A DNA stretch of 64,000 bases, taken from Terriglobia bacterium. Lineage in GTDB: Bacteria > Acidobacteriota > Terriglobia > Acidiferrales > UBA7541. Within the stretch, counting starts at the first letter, position 1. Every line of letters begins with the position of its first letter. The stretch spans positions 3,040,001 through 3,104,000 of the forward strand of contig OY968796.1 in NCBI GenBank assembly GCA_963695545.1, in the 5' to 3' direction. A program made the translations under genes and the position numbers. Under the pieces are notes generated by a model. It had not been told where the DNA came from and searched no databases. It was given only the letters and a program-made list of their open reading frames with translations. Below, one piece after another: positions 49,862 to 60,930 of this stretch.

Positions 49862-51706
49862 TCAGTGCGCGCGGAAATAGGCCGCGAGGCGCTCGGCTTG
49901 TGGACGCGTGATGACTTTGGCCAGATCGGCGGGTGCGGCGGCGCGGACTCGGGCAACGCTGCCGAAGCGCGCGAGAAGTTTGCGCGCGCTTGCGGCGCCG
50001 ATGCCGGGGACGTCTTCGAGTTCGGAGTGGAGCGTGCGTTTCGCGCGGCGCTGTCTGTGGAAGCCGACCGCGAAGCGATGAGTTTCGTCGCGGATTTGCT
50101 GCACGAGATGCAGGATCGGCGAGTGGTGATCGAGGCGCACCGGCTCGTCTTCTTGTCCGAGAACGTAGAGGATTTCTTCCTGTTTGGCGATGGCCGCGAC
50201 CGGCTGGTTGATGATGGCGAGATCGTCGAGCGCGGCTGCGGCGGCGTGGAGTTGGCCGATGCCGCCGTCGATGACGATCAGGCTGGGGAAGGGTTTGTTT
50301 TCTTCCTGCAGGCGGCGATAGCGGCGCGTGACGGCTTCGCGCATGGAAGCGAAATCGTCGTTTGAAGCACCGCGCTCCGCGCGTTCCGATCCCGATTCCC
50401 CACGGATGATAAATTTGCGGTAATCCGATTTTTTTAGACGGCCTTTTTCCCACACGACCATTGAGGCTACGGTGTCCGATCCCTGGATATGCGAAATGTC
50501 GAAGCTCTCGATGCGCTCGGGCGTTTCGGGCAAGTTGAGCGTCTGCTCAAGCGCTTCGGCGATGGCCTTGGGGTTGGGCGTTTGCACGCGGAAGCGCTGC
50601 TCGAAAGAATGGCGGGCGTTTTTTTCGACCAGCTCGACCACGGCGCGTTTCTGGCCGCGCTGCGGAACGAGAATTTCTACGCGCGAACGCGGCGGCGAAA
50701 GGTGCGCGGCGCGCTCGGTGAGAATTTGCTCGAGCAGGGCGCGGTCCTCGAAATCTTCGGGGACGTGAATGAAGCGCGGGAGATACGCAGCGTCGAGATA
50801 GAGCTGCTTGAGAAGAGAGGGCAGAAATTCGGCGGGATTGAATACGACTAAATCTTCCCAATAGAAATCACGGCGGTCGACGACGCGGCCGCCACGAAAG
50901 TGAAAAAGATTCACGGCCACCTGGGGCGGCTCAGCGTACCAGGCGAGAGCGTCGGTGTCGTCGCCGGAAGCGGCGGCCATTTTCTGGCGCTCGTCGATAT
51001 CTTCGAGCGTGCGCAGGAGATCGCGATACTGGGCGGCTTGCTCGAAGCGCTCCTCTTTCGAGGCTTCGCCCATGCGCTGTTCGAGGCTGCGCGCCAAATC
51101 CTGGCGGCGGCCTTCGAGGAAAAGTCGCGCGTCGCGCGCGGTTTCTCCGTAGCGCTCGTCGGTGACGAGGCCGGGGACGCAGGGGCCGAGGCAGCGGTGA
51201 ATGTAATACTGCAGGCAGGGGCGCGGGTGGGGGCGTGTGAGGTCAACCGTGCAGGACGGGACGCGGAAACGCTTGTGAATGAAATGAACGATGCGATACG
51301 CGAGGCCGGCGGGGAAATACGGGCCGAAATAAATCGAGCCGTCTTTCTTGAGACGGCGCGTGACGTAGACGCGGGGGAATTTCTCAAACGCGGTGAAACG
51401 GATATAGGGATAGGTCTTGTCGTCGCGCAGCAGGATGTTGAATTTCGGCTGGTGCTCCTTGATGAGATTATTTTCGAGCGCCAGGGCTTCGCGTTCGTTG
51501 TCGACCACGATGAACTCGACGTCGGCGATTTCGCGGACCAGGGAGCCAGTTTTCGCGTCGGTCCAATGCGATTCGAGGAAGTAGGATTTCACGCGCTGGC
51601 GTAATTCGCGTGCTTTGCCGATGTAGAGAATTGTGCCGGTGACGTCCTTGAACAGGTAGACGCCCGGATCGTTGGGGAGGTTGGCGACTTTTTCGGAGAG
51701 ATCCAT
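49862..51706 (-). CDS. uvrC: Excinuclease ABC subunit C
   Basis: GIY-YIG (PGVYLF...YIGKA), IESFDISH, IDGGIGQ, RDETHRFA, HhH. Confidence 0.96.
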   Translation of the reverse strand: MDLSEKVANLPNDPGVYLFKDVTGTILYIGKARELRQRVKSYFLESHWTDAKTGSLVREIADVEFIVVDNEREALALENNLIKEHQPKFNILLRDDKTYPYIRFTAFEKFPRVYVTRRLKKDGSIYFGPYFPAGLAYRIVHFIHKRFRVPSCTVDLTRPHPRPCLQYYIHRCLGPCVPGLVTDERYGETARDARLFLEGRRQDLARSLEQRMGEASKEERFEQAAQYRDLLRTLEDIDERQKMAAASGDDTDALAWYAEPPQVAVNLFHFRGGRVVDRRDFYWEDLVVFNPAEFLPSLLKQLYLDAAYLPRFIHVPEDFEDRALLEQILTERAAHLSPPRSRVEILVPQRGQKRAVVELVEKNARHSFEQRFRVQTPNPKAIAEALEQTLNLPETPERIESFDISHIQGSDTVASMVVWEKGRLKKSDYRKFIIRGESGSERAERGASNDDFASMREAVTRRYRRLQEENKPFPSLIVIDGGIGQLHAAAAALDDLAIINQPVAAIAKQEEILYVLGQEDEPVRLDHHSPILHLVQQIRDETHRFAVGFHRQRRAKRTLHSELEDVPGIGAASARKLLARFGSVARVRAAAPADLAKVITRPQAERLAAYFRAH

Positions 51707-51802
51707 TTAGGCGATGCGCCCCGCGCTGGCGTTTAAAGCGATGCGCTCCGCGCAGAGCGGCGCGGTAGAATCTAGGGCTCGGACGGCGCGAGCAGGGCAA
51801 CA

Positions 51803-52351
51803 TTGATGATAGCAGAGGGAATCAAATCCTTGGTGAGCGTGCGCAATCGCAAGAGAGTGCTGATCACATTTCTCTTGGGAATGTGCGCGTTCGGACTCGG
51901 CGCGGTTTCGGCCGCAGCGCAGGTCGATGCTACGCACCCACCGCCGCCACCCCCGTCGCAGGACGTGGTGCCTCCTGCAGATTCGTCAAAGGGAGCACCG
52001 CCGCCTGGTGCGGATGTTCCGGCTTCGGCGACAGCGCGGGCTCCGGCGACACCTGTTTTTGACCCGTTGCACGCGGAGAAGAGCCTGGAAGTGGGCGAAT
52101 ACTATTTGAAGTCCGGCGATTATCCGGCGGCGATCGATCGCTTCAAGGAAGCCATCGGCTATCAATCGAATTTGGCGGTGCCGTGGGATTTGCTGGGGCA
52201 GGCTTGCGAAAAAGAGCACGAGCGAGAAGACGCGCTAACGGCGTACCGGAAGTATCTTTCGATGGTTCCCGACGGCAAAGAATCGGATCGAGTGCGCAAG
52301 CGCGTGGAGAAGTTGCAAGCGGACATCGCGCACGACGCGGGAAAGCCATAG
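51803..52351 (+). CDS. Secreted TPR protein
   Basis: Signal peptide, Pro-rich linker, TPR (VGEYYLKSGDYPAAIDRFKEAI); start uncertain. Confidence 0.8.
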   Translation: MMIAEGIKSLVSVRNRKRVLITFLLGMCAFGLGAVSAAAQVDATHPPPPPPSQDVVPPADSSKGAPPPGADVPASATARAPATPVFDPLHAEKSLEVGEYYLKSGDYPAAIDRFKEAIGYQSNLAVPWDLLGQACEKEHEREDALTAYRKYLSMVPDGKESDRVRKRVEKLQADIAHDAGKP

Positions 52352-52393
52352 AAGCGATAGATAGAGTATTTGTCGCTTGCAGCGCCTGTGGCT

Positions 52394-53176
52394 TTAGCGC
52401 ATGTGTTTTAGATAACGGCGGGCGCGCTCGTAGTGCAGATAACGTTTTTCTTCGCGGCGAAATTCCAACGAATGAATCTCCAGGCCGCAGCGCGCCACGC
52501 GCAGCGGATGTTTCACGTGCAACATTTCGTGGAAGAGGATCGATTCCACAACGTACTGCGGCGTGCCGGGACGATCCAGACGCGCGTTGAGAACGATTAA
52601 GTCCAAGCCGGGATCGAAGCAGCCGAGTTGGCGGCGCCAAATTCGCGCGCTCCACGCGAGGCCGGGGCGATGCAGGCGTCCCGCGAAATAGCGCTGGTTG
52701 AGCGCGGCGAAAAGCGGAGCGAGATCGTGCGTTTGTCCGCGCGCGGGCAACGTGGGGCGGCGGGCGCGATTCTGGCGCAGGCGGCGAATGCGGCGCTCGG
52801 TGGATGGCGCGGCGGAAAATTGGCGATAGAGGTGAAGCAACTCGTGCGGAACGCGTTTGCGGTAAAGGCGCCCGAGCAGGACCGCGGCGGTGGCTTCGAT
52901 CACGCCGAGCGGCGCGCCGCGCAGAACGTCGGAAAGGCGCGCGGTCGCGTCGTCATCGCGCAGACGAATGGTGTGAGATAAATTCGCGTAGGGATAGAAC
53001 TCGACGGCAAATTGCGGCGGGCGGCCTTGGCAGCCGAGCCGCGTGAACATGCGCTGAAACGCGAGCGCGCCGCCGGGCACCGCGGCTGTTACGCTGACTC
53101 GCGTGGCTCGGCCGCTTTGCCGGAGGCACGCGGTGGCTGGAGCGTGCGGGACAAACATGGAGTTCGGCTCGATCAC
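52394..53176 (-). CDS. SprT/YgjP-like zinc metallopeptidase
   Basis: FAALNQRYF, LFHEMLH (HExxH), HSLEF; start uncertain. Confidence 0.8.
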   Translation of the reverse strand: MIEPNSMFVPHAPATACLRQSGRATRVSVTAAVPGGALAFQRMFTRLGCQGRPPQFAVEFYPYANLSHTIRLRDDDATARLSDVLRGAPLGVIEATAAVLLGRLYRKRVPHELLHLYRQFSAAPSTERRIRRLRQNRARRPTLPARGQTHDLAPLFAALNQRYFAGRLHRPGLAWSARIWRRQLGCFDPGLDLIVLNARLDRPGTPQYVVESILFHEMLHVKHPLRVARCGLEIHSLEFRREEKRYLHYERARRYLKHMR

Positions 53177-53724
53177 GGTTTGCGCCGGATCGGGGCCGTG
53201 GAATCCGTCTTCTCGGCGTCGTCGAGATCGGACATGGCGTCTTTGGTGGCCTCGATCGCGTCTTCGAGATTGTCTTTGTAGTCGTCGAGAAGAGGGGAGT
53301 TGGGTTCGAGGCCTTGCAGGTACGGCAGAAAATCCTTGGCGCGCGCGTCAAAAATCTTCATGGCGTCGTGAACGTCCTGTTGTTTATCGACGGCCACGCC
53401 GACAAGTTCGTCGCCATCGTCAACGCAACCGGAATAAGCGTTTAACAGATCGTTGATGCGTTCGCCTTGGCGGCGATCGGCGGGATCCAGATGCGCCAGC
53501 TCGTATTTAATTTTCTGAACGCGATCGCCGGCGAAGTCGACGAAAAGTTTGATCTTTGCGGAATAGGTGAAAGCGTCGCGAATCTTGTCGGCCTCATCGT
53601 CGGTCAGATAGTCTTTCTTTGACTCTTGCGGCTGCGGCGTGGCGTCAGCAGAGCGGGGCGCGACAACGGGCGCGAGGAGCGCAGCGCACAACAGCCATCC
53701 GCACAGCCGCCGATTGGTTCGCAT
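53173..53724 (-). CDS. Hypothetical secreted helical protein
   Basis: Signal peptide, acidic helical body (DYLTDDEADKIRDA); within operon. Confidence 0.75.
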   Translation of the reverse strand: MRTNRRLCGWLLCAALLAPVVAPRSADATPQPQESKKDYLTDDEADKIRDAFTYSAKIKLFVDFAGDRVQKIKYELAHLDPADRRQGERINDLLNAYSGCVDDGDELVGVAVDKQQDVHDAMKIFDARAKDFLPYLQGLEPNSPLLDDYKDNLEDAIEATKDAMSDLDDAEKTDSTAPIRRKP

Positions 53725-53750
53725 CGCTCGCCTATTCTCCCCGCATTTGA

Positions 53751-54275
53751 TCATGACGGCGCACGATTTTTTGTTTTGTGCTGCTGGTGCGGAAACAGCA
53801 GGTCGATCAACTCGTTCTGCGAATCGACCAGGTCCGAGCGCACCGCGCGGAACCACGGATGCTTGTCGGTTGGCAGGATTAGGAGAATGCCGTCCATTTG
53901 GCGCACAGCCTCGCGCAGCGCGATCTGAAGTTCCTTGAATCCGGCCGGATGATCCTGAGCGTGGCCGCTTAGGGATTGGAGCGCCGCGATGGTCGTTTTG
54001 GTCTCGTCGCGAAAGCGCTGGAGCTGCGCGAGAGAGCCAACGTCGTCGCCATTTTCGAGCGTTTCGCGGGCTTCGGCGAATACTCCGGGCTCAAGCTTGG
54101 CGAGTGCTTTGGCCTTGGCCACGGGATCGGGAGCGCGGTCGTAAGCGGTTTGGGCCGCGGCGAGGCGCTCGGCCGGAGAAGTCGCGGTCGGCGCCGGAAG
54201 CGCGGCGCGCGCCGCGAAGGACGGCGTTGCGAAGAGCGCCAGGCACAGCATCGGGAGGCTCGAACGCCACGACAT
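53751..54275 (-). CDS. Hypothetical secreted helical protein
   Basis: Signal peptide; 1-nt gap to the upstream TPR gene. Confidence 0.72.
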   Translation of the reverse strand: MSWRSSLPMLCLALFATPSFAARAALPAPTATSPAERLAAAQTAYDRAPDPVAKAKALAKLEPGVFAEARETLENGDDVGSLAQLQRFRDETKTTIAALQSLSGHAQDHPAGFKELQIALREAVRQMDGILLILPTDKHPWFRAVRSDLVDSQNELIDLLFPHQQHKTKNRAPS

Positions 54276-54276
54276 G

Positions 54277-55602
54277 CTACTGCCTCTTGTTGTTCATCTC
54301 GCGTTGCAAGGCCAGAATTCTTTGCCGCGCCTGGAAATCCTGGGTGTCGTGGCTTCCCTGGTCGAGGTCGAGATATTTCTGGTACGCGGCAATAGCCTCG
54401 GGCTTCTGGCCAAGTTTATCGTAACAAGTGCCGCGCACAAACCACGCGACCGTCTTGAGCGGTTCGCGCGTGGAAAGACGATCGAGCGTCGAGAGCGCTT
54501 CGGGGCACGCGCCGCCGAGATAGTAAGCGTCCACAAGATCGCGCAGCGGATCAACGGCGGTGCCATCGAGATCGAGCGATTTATTGAGCGCGGCGGCGGA
54601 CTCAGGGAATTGGCGCAGTTCGAGAAGGCAACGGCCGAGCCAGGCATAAAGATCGGGATCGGCGGGCGAAAGCGGAATGGCTTTTTGCAAGGCCGTCGCG
54701 GCGTCCTTCCAATTGCTCTGTTGCATATAGATGCCGGCTCGCATTTTTAGGGTGTTCGCGTCCGGCGGGGCCGCGGCGTCGGCACGATCGAGTTCGGCGA
54801 GCGCGGGGTCGAATTGGTTGGTCTGCATCAGGGCATAGGCGCGGTCGGTGCGCGCGGCGCGATCGTCGGGGCGCAATTTCAGGTAAACCGCGAGGACATC
54901 GGCGGCGTCGCCATATTTTTTCTGCGCCTCGAGCGATTGCGCGAGTCCCAATTGCGCTGGAGCGGAATCGGGTTTGAGCGCGACGGCGCGGCGGAATTCA
55001 GTTTCGGCTTCGGCCGTGCGATTTAGCAGCACCAGCGCGCGCGCGAGGCCGAAAGCGATTTCATAATCACCGGGCGCAAGCAGCGCGGCCCTTTTATACT
55101 GCACGACTGCGTCGTCGAGTTTGCCGCTGCGTTCCAGCGCGAAGCCGTAGAGGAAGCGCGGGCGGCTGTCAGTTGGCGTGAGGTCCGCGGCGGACGAGAA
55201 GGAATTTGCGGCGGCGGCCGGATCGGAATCGAGGAGCAGGAGGCCGAGATTCAAGTGCGCTTCGGCCATCTTCGGATTGATGATGATCGCGCGGTTGAAT
55301 TCCGATTTGGCGTCGTCGTCGTGCTTCAGTTGCGCATCGGCGTAGCCAAGCTCGAAATGGGCGTAAGCGGAATCAGGGTAGCGCGCGATGTATTGCTGAA
55401 GCGGCGCAATGGCCGCTGCGTAATCGCCGCGATTGATGGCGTCCTGCGCTTCCTGCAACACCGACGCCAGAGGATCGGCGTGCGTGCGCGGCGTTGGCGC
55501 CGCGGATTTTTGTGGCGTCGAGCTTTGCGCGCGGCCTGTGGCGGCGAAGGATGCCGAGGCAAGCGCGGCAAGAAGCAGCACGATGGCGGGGCGAATATTC
55601 AT
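54277..55602 (-). CDS. Secreted multi-TPR protein
   Basis: Signal peptide and many TPR repeats. Confidence 0.88.
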   Translation of the reverse strand: MNIRPAIVLLLAALASASFAATGRAQSSTPQKSAAPTPRTHADPLASVLQEAQDAINRGDYAAAIAPLQQYIARYPDSAYAHFELGYADAQLKHDDDAKSEFNRAIIINPKMAEAHLNLGLLLLDSDPAAAANSFSSAADLTPTDSRPRFLYGFALERSGKLDDAVVQYKRAALLAPGDYEIAFGLARALVLLNRTAEAETEFRRAVALKPDSAPAQLGLAQSLEAQKKYGDAADVLAVYLKLRPDDRAARTDRAYALMQTNQFDPALAELDRADAAAPPDANTLKMRAGIYMQQSNWKDAATALQKAIPLSPADPDLYAWLGRCLLELRQFPESAAALNKSLDLDGTAVDPLRDLVDAYYLGGACPEALSTLDRLSTREPLKTVAWFVRGTCYDKLGQKPEAIAAYQKYLDLDQGSHDTQDFQARQRILALQREMNNKRQ

Positions 55603-55659
55603 TGGCGTGAGTTTACTCGGTTAGCATGATTCATGATTCGGCGGGATCGTTGCTTCTGA

Positions 55660-58600
55660 TTATTTCTTGCGAACCGGGCGAGCGGAGGATTTTGCGGCTC
55701 GGGCAGCCGGTTTCGCGGCACGCGCGGCCGAATTCTCGGCGACGGCGGCGGGGGCAGCGTGCGCGGCATTGCCGTTCTGGCCCGCATGATTGTTTGCGAG
55801 AACCTTCGCGAGGTAACGGCCAGTGTGCGAGTGCGGATTACGCGCCACTTGCTCCGGCGTGCCGGTGGCGACCACTTGTCCGCCGCGATCTCCGCCTTCG
55901 GGGCCGAGGTCAATGACCCAATCGGCGGATTTGATTACGTCGAGATTGTGTTCGATGACGAAGAGCGAAGCGCCAGTGTCGAGCAGTTTTCTGAAAACCA
56001 CCAGCAACTTCTGAATATCGTCGAAGTGCAGGCCCGTGGTGGGTTCATCGAGAATGTAGAGCACGCCCTGATTCGCCTGGCGCGCCAGATGCGCGGCGAG
56101 TTTCAGGCGCTGCGATTCGCCGCCAGAAAGTGTGGTGGCCGATTGGCCCAGGCGCAGATAGCCCAAGCCAACTTCGTCGAGCACTTTGAGGCGCGAGACG
56201 ATGCGCGGCAGGCCCGCGAAAAATCCGAGCGCTTCGCGCACAGTGAGCTGCAGCACTTCGTGAATGTTCTTCTCGCGGAAGCGCACTTCGAGAACGCCGC
56301 TTTTGAAGCGCGTGCCGCGGCATTCTTCGCACACCAGCTCGACATCCGCCAAAAATTGCATTTCCACGGTGACCGTGCCGTCGCCCTGGCAGGCTTCGCA
56401 GCGGCCGCCGGGAATGTTGAACGAAAAATGGCCGGGCGAATAGCCGCGCTTCTTAGCTTCGGGCGTGCGGGCAAAAACGTCGCGGATCGCGTCGAATGCT
56501 TTGAGATACGTGGCCGGATTCGAGCGCGGCGTGCGGCCGATGGGCGATTGGTCAACCAGCACGACTTCCTTGATTTGCGCGTCGCCTTCGATGCGGTCGA
56601 AAGCATCGCGGAGCGTTTTCTGGACCTCGGCTCCGCTGTGGCGAGCGCCCAGACCGCGGTAGAGCACGTCGTGAACCAGCGTGGATTTGCCGGAGCCGGA
56701 AACTCCGGTGATGGCCACGAGGCTGCCGAGCGGAATCATTAAGTCGAGATTCTGCAGATTGTGCGCGCGGGCGCCGAAGACGCGAAGGAAGCGTCCGTTC
56801 GGCTTGCGGCGCACGGTGGGAACGGGAATGCGCAGCTCGCCGGACAAATATTTCGCAGTGAGCGAATGATCTTGTCCGGCAGCGAGTTCGGGGATTGTGC
56901 CCGCGAAGACGATGCGCCCGCCGTGCTCGCCCGCGCCGGGGCCGAGATCGAGAAGATAATCGGCGGCAGCGATGGTGTCGGGATCGTGCTCGACGACGAG
57001 GATGGTGTTGCCGAGATCGCGCAGACTTTTCAGGATGGCGATGAGCCGATGCGTATCTCGCGGATGAAGGCCGATCGAAGGCTCATCGAGAAGATAGAGC
57101 GCGCCGACCAGGCGCGAGCCGAGGGACGTGGCGAGCTGGATGCGCTGCGCTTCGCCGCCGGACAGCGTCGAGGTGAGGCGATCGAGCGTGAGGTAATCGA
57201 GGCCGACTTCGTCGAGATAGGCGAGGCGGTGGCGAATTTCCTCGAGAATCTTTTCGGCGATGTGCGCTTCGGCCGGGCCCAATTCGATGGAGCCGAAAAA
57301 TTGGCGCGCCTCAGCCACGGTGATCGCGCAAACTTCGTGGATGGGCTTGCCGGCCAGGCGCACGGCGCGCGCTTCGGGGCGCAGTCGCGTGCCGTTGCAT
57401 TCGGGGCAGGTAGCGTAACCGCGATATCGGCTGAGGAAAACGCGCACGTGCAATTTATATTTTTTTCGCTCGAGCCACTGAAAGAAACCTTGCACGCCGA
57501 TGTAACCGGATTTCTTGTCGCCCGCGATGATGGCTTCCTGCTGCGCGGCGCTTAGATCGCGGAAGGGAACGTCGAGCGGAATGCCAGTGGCGCGCGCATA
57601 GCGTTTGAGTTCCTGCCACGGGCCGCGATAGCGTGGCTTGGTCCACGGCTCGACGGGGCACTCGTTGATCGTTTTGCCGCGGTCGGGAATCACGAGGTCG
57701 ATATCGAAGTCGATGGTGTTGCCGAAGCCCTGACAGCGAGCGCACGCGCCAAAGGGATTGTTGAACGAAAACAAGCGCGGCTCTGGTTCGGCGTAGATGG
57801 CGCCGCATTTTTTGCACTCGAAGCGCTCGCTGAAGACCACGCGTTCCGCCATGCCGCCCGGTTCGGCGGGGACGAATTCCAAATGCGTCTCGCCTTTGCC
57901 CTCGCGATAGCAGATTTCAACCGAATCGACCAAGCGCGCGCGCACGTCGGGCGAAACCGCCAGACGATCGACCAGCACATAGACCGGCTTGCTGAAATCG
58001 AGATCGAGAAGCGACTCCGGCGAGGAAAATTCGTGCACGCGGCCGTCTTGATAGAGGCGATTGAAGCCGCGTTTTTGCACGGCGGCTAACGCTTCGCGGA
58101 GCGCGTCGTTTGGCGGCGCCGCGGTTTGCGGCTGCGGCTTGGCGCCCTTGCGTTTTGCGGCCGCAGCCGGAGCGGCGGCAATTTGGAGCGCGTAGAGGAC
58201 GTAGAAGCGCCGCCCTTCGGGGAATTGCAACACGCGCGCGACAATTTCGTCGATCGAATCGCGGCGCACTTGCTCGCCGCAAATTGTGCAGAAGGTGCGG
58301 CCGGCGCGCGCGTAGAGCAGACGAAGGTAATCGTAGATTTCCGTCGCGGTCGCGACGGTCGAGCGCGGATTGCGCGTGGAATTGCGCTGGCGGATGGCGA
58401 TGGCCGGAGCGATGCCGGTGATTTCGTCGACATCGGGCTTTTCGATGCGCTCGAGGAATTGGCGGGCGTAGGCCGAAAGAGATTCCAGATAGCGGCGCTG
58501 CCCCTCGGCATAAATCGTGTCAAAGGCCAGCGAAGATTTTCCGGAGCCGGAAACGCCGGTGACCACGGTGATAGCGTTGTGCGGAATCTCGCAACTGACG

Positions 58601-58698
58601 TTCTTGAGGTTATGGACGCGCGCGCCCCGCACACGAAGGACGTCCCGCTCGGCGGGAGACGCGATTTCCTGGACCGGCGCGGTATCTGGCGATTTCAA
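55660..58698 (-). CDS. uvrA: Excinuclease ABC subunit A
   Basis: Two GVSGSGKS Walker A motifs, zinc fingers, LSGGEAQRI and LSGGESQRL. Confidence 0.96.
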   Translation of the reverse strand: MKSPDTAPVQEIASPAERDVLRVRGARVHNLKNVSCEIPHNAITVVTGVSGSGKSSLAFDTIYAEGQRRYLESLSAYARQFLERIEKPDVDEITGIAPAIAIRQRNSTRNPRSTVATATEIYDYLRLLYARAGRTFCTICGEQVRRDSIDEIVARVLQFPEGRRFYVLYALQIAAAPAAAAKRKGAKPQPQTAAPPNDALREALAAVQKRGFNRLYQDGRVHEFSSPESLLDLDFSKPVYVLVDRLAVSPDVRARLVDSVEICYREGKGETHLEFVPAEPGGMAERVVFSERFECKKCGAIYAEPEPRLFSFNNPFGACARCQGFGNTIDFDIDLVIPDRGKTINECPVEPWTKPRYRGPWQELKRYARATGIPLDVPFRDLSAAQQEAIIAGDKKSGYIGVQGFFQWLERKKYKLHVRVFLSRYRGYATCPECNGTRLRPEARAVRLAGKPIHEVCAITVAEARQFFGSIELGPAEAHIAEKILEEIRHRLAYLDEVGLDYLTLDRLTSTLSGGEAQRIQLATSLGSRLVGALYLLDEPSIGLHPRDTHRLIAILKSLRDLGNTILVVEHDPDTIAAADYLLDLGPGAGEHGGRIVFAGTIPELAAGQDHSLTAKYLSGELRIPVPTVRRKPNGRFLRVFGARAHNLQNLDLMIPLGSLVAITGVSGSGKSTLVHDVLYRGLGARHSGAEVQKTLRDAFDRIEGDAQIKEVVLVDQSPIGRTPRSNPATYLKAFDAIRDVFARTPEAKKRGYSPGHFSFNIPGGRCEACQGDGTVTVEMQFLADVELVCEECRGTRFKSGVLEVRFREKNIHEVLQLTVREALGFFAGLPRIVSRLKVLDEVGLGYLRLGQSATTLSGGESQRLKLAAHLARQANQGVLYILDEPTTGLHFDDIQKLLVVFRKLLDTGASLFVIEHNLDVIKSADWVIDLGPEGGDRGGQVVATGTPEQVARNPHSHTGRYLAKVLANNHAGQNGNAAHAAPAAVAENSAARAAKPAARAAKSSARPVRKK

Positions 58699-58794
58699 CC
58701 TCGGGTCTCCCTACGGGCGCGGTTCGAGCGCACTGCTTAAACAAACAATTATACGTCGGCGCGTGCGCCGCGGCAATTGGGGTGTAGGGACGGT

Positions 58795-59097
58795 TTAGTT
58801 CGAGAATTTCGGCAATTCGCAGTGGAGGCAACGGCTGGCAAAAACATTGTGGTAATAGGCCGCCGCGAAAAATAGTTCTCCACAACGGGGGCAGCGAAAT
58901 CTCTGCAAGCGAAATGCAGCCACGACGAACAGCAGCGTGCAGACGATCTCGAGCGCAACGCACGGAGCGAGATTGCGGCGCAGGGCGTCGCTAAAGCAGA
59001 TGAATAGAATGACGATCGAGGCTTGAGCGAACAAGGCCAAGTAGAATTGGTTCCTGAGCCGCTTGTAACTATCCCAGCTTTGTTGGTAATCGCTCAT
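58795..59097 (-). CDS. Small two-helix membrane protein with C-terminal zinc ribbon
   Basis: Two hydrophobic helices, then CPRCGE...CLHC. Confidence 0.65.
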   Translation of the reverse strand: MSDYQQSWDSYKRLRNQFYLALFAQASIVILFICFSDALRRNLAPCVALEIVCTLLFVVAAFRLQRFRCPRCGELFFAAAYYHNVFASRCLHCELPKFSN

Positions 59098-59327
59098 AAT
59101 ATCCAGGCCAGCGCGTCGAGAATTGGTGGCGCTTACCCATTGTCCCTTGAAAGTACCGCCTGCTTGCGAATATCGCGCGCGCCTATCGCTAAAATCGAAC
59201 TGGCCCTTGGGCCGGGCGCCCCGGCATAGCTCGATCGAGCTTTGGGTAATGGCGCCGGCACGGAATTTACGCGACGGCGAATGTGATAGATTCAGGAGCC
59301 GCGAGCAGGGAAGCGCGGGAATAACGA

Positions 59328-60509
59328 ATGCCACCGTTTGATCGCGTCATCTGGATCGTGCTCGACAGCGTAGGGATCGGCGCGCTGCCTGACGCCGCCG
59401 ATTACGGCGACGTGGGCCGCAACACGCTCGGGCACGTCGCGGAGTCGCGGCCGCTACACCTGGACAATCTCGTTCGCATGGGCTTGGCCAATATCGCGCC
59501 ACTCGCGCATTTGACGCCACCCGCGCAGCCAATCGGCTGCTATGGCAAGGGCGCAACGCATTCACCGGGAAAAGATACGACCACGGGTCACTGGGAAATG
59601 GCGGGCATCTGGCTCGCGCAGGCGTTTCCCGTTTACCCGCACGGCTTTCCGCGGGAGGTAATGATTCCGTTCGAGCGCGCCATCGGCCGCAAGACACTGG
59701 GCAACAAGCCCGCATCCGGCACGGAAATTATCAAAGAACTCGGCGAAGAGCACATGCGCACGGGTTTTCCGATCGTCTACACGTCGGGCGATAGCGTGTT
59801 TCAGATCGCGACGCACGAAGAAGTAATCCCGAACGCCGAGCTTTATCGCATGTGCGAGATCGCGCGGAAAATTCTCGACGGGCCGAATCGCGTGGGGCGC
59901 GTGATCGCGCGGCCGTTCACCGGAACGCCCGGGAATTTTCGCCGCACCGCGGGCCGCCACGATTACGCCGTGCCGCCGCCGCGACCGATGCTGCTCGACG
60001 TGCTCGGCGAGCGCGGAGTGCCGGTGTTCGGCGTCGGCAAGATTCACGATATTTACAACGGGCGCGGCGTGGACCATTACGTGATGACCAAAAGCAACGC
60101 CGACGGCGTGGAGAAACTGGAACAAGAGATGACGCAGCAGGATCGCGGACTAATTTTCTGCAACCTTGTGGATTTCGACATGCTGTATGGCCATCGCAAG
60201 GACGTGGAAGGTTTTGCGCGGTCACTCGAGGAATTTGACGTGGGCCTCGGGAAGCTGCTCACGCTCCTGAAACCGCGCGATCTGCTGATGCTCACCGCCG
60301 ATCACGGTTGCGATCCCGATCCTCGCTGGCCCACCACGGATCATTCGCGTGAATACGTGCCGATCGTGACGTTCAGTCCGGCAGGGAAGCACGGCGTCGC
60401 GCTCGGCGTGCGCGATACGCTCGCGGACATGGGCCAAACCGTCGCGCAGAATTTCGGCGGCACGATCCCGCACGGCACGAGTTTTCTCTCGGCTCTTGCC
60501 AATCCCTGA
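59328..60509 (+). CDS. deoB: Phosphopentomutase
   Basis: [52 protein letters not shown]. Confidence 0.95.
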   Translation: MPPFDRVIWIVLDSVGIGALPDAADYGDVGRNTLGHVAESRPLHLDNLVRMGLANIAPLAHLTPPAQPIGCYGKGATHSPGKDTTTGHWEMAGIWLAQAFPVYPHGFPREVMIPFERAIGRKTLGNKPASGTEIIKELGEEHMRTGFPIVYTSGDSVFQIATHEEVIPNAELYRMCEIARKILDGPNRVGRVIARPFTGTPGNFRRTAGRHDYAVPPPRPMLLDVLGERGVPVFGVGKIHDIYNGRGVDHYVMTKSNADGVEKLEQEMTQQDRGLIFCNLVDFDMLYGHRKDVEGFARSLEEFDVGLGKLLTLLKPRDLLMLTADHGCDPDPRWPTTDHSREYVPIVTFSPAGKHGVALGVRDTLADMGQTVAQNFGGTIPHGTSFLSALANP

Positions 60510-60539
60510 ACGTAGCGGTAGCGAGTCGGTGGTGACGAG

Positions 60540-60881
60540 ATGGGGCATTACTCGAGCTGGTACGCGCTCGTCGCGTGTTTCGTAGTTCTGGTTCCGCTAT
60601 TGGTGCTTGCGCGGGGAAGGCCTGTCGGGCATAAGTTCGCGTGGATCATTTTGAGCATCAGCGCCGTCCTTTTGATGGCCGCGTTCTTTCCCGTGGTCAG
60701 GCCGAGTCTACTTGGCAGCGACTACAACAATCGGCTTTATACACTCGTAGCTGCGAACTTGTTTGCAGACGTTATTCTCGACGTCTATCTCGCGATTACC
60801 CGCAGGTGGATATCGGTTATTGCGGCAACCACGCTTGCTCTCGCTTGGTTATGGGTCGCTGCCATGAGTTCCGCTGCATAG
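60540..60881 (+). CDS. Hypothetical membrane protein
   Basis: 113 aa with four hydrophobic segments; fills the gap between deoB and the VWA gene. Confidence 0.6.
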   Translation: MGHYSSWYALVACFVVLVPLLVLARGRPVGHKFAWIILSISAVLLMAAFFPVVRPSLLGSDYNNRLYTLVAANLFADVILDVYLAITRRWISVIAATTLALAWLWVAAMSSAA

Positions 60882-60930
60882 CTGCGGGCGGAATGAGTAC
60901 TAGCGAGGAATCTGATGCGCGATACCCACG

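Noticed and set aside
58795..60881. Small membrane-protein genes flanking deoB as integron-like cassettes
   Set aside because: No attC-like inverted repeats or integrase seen
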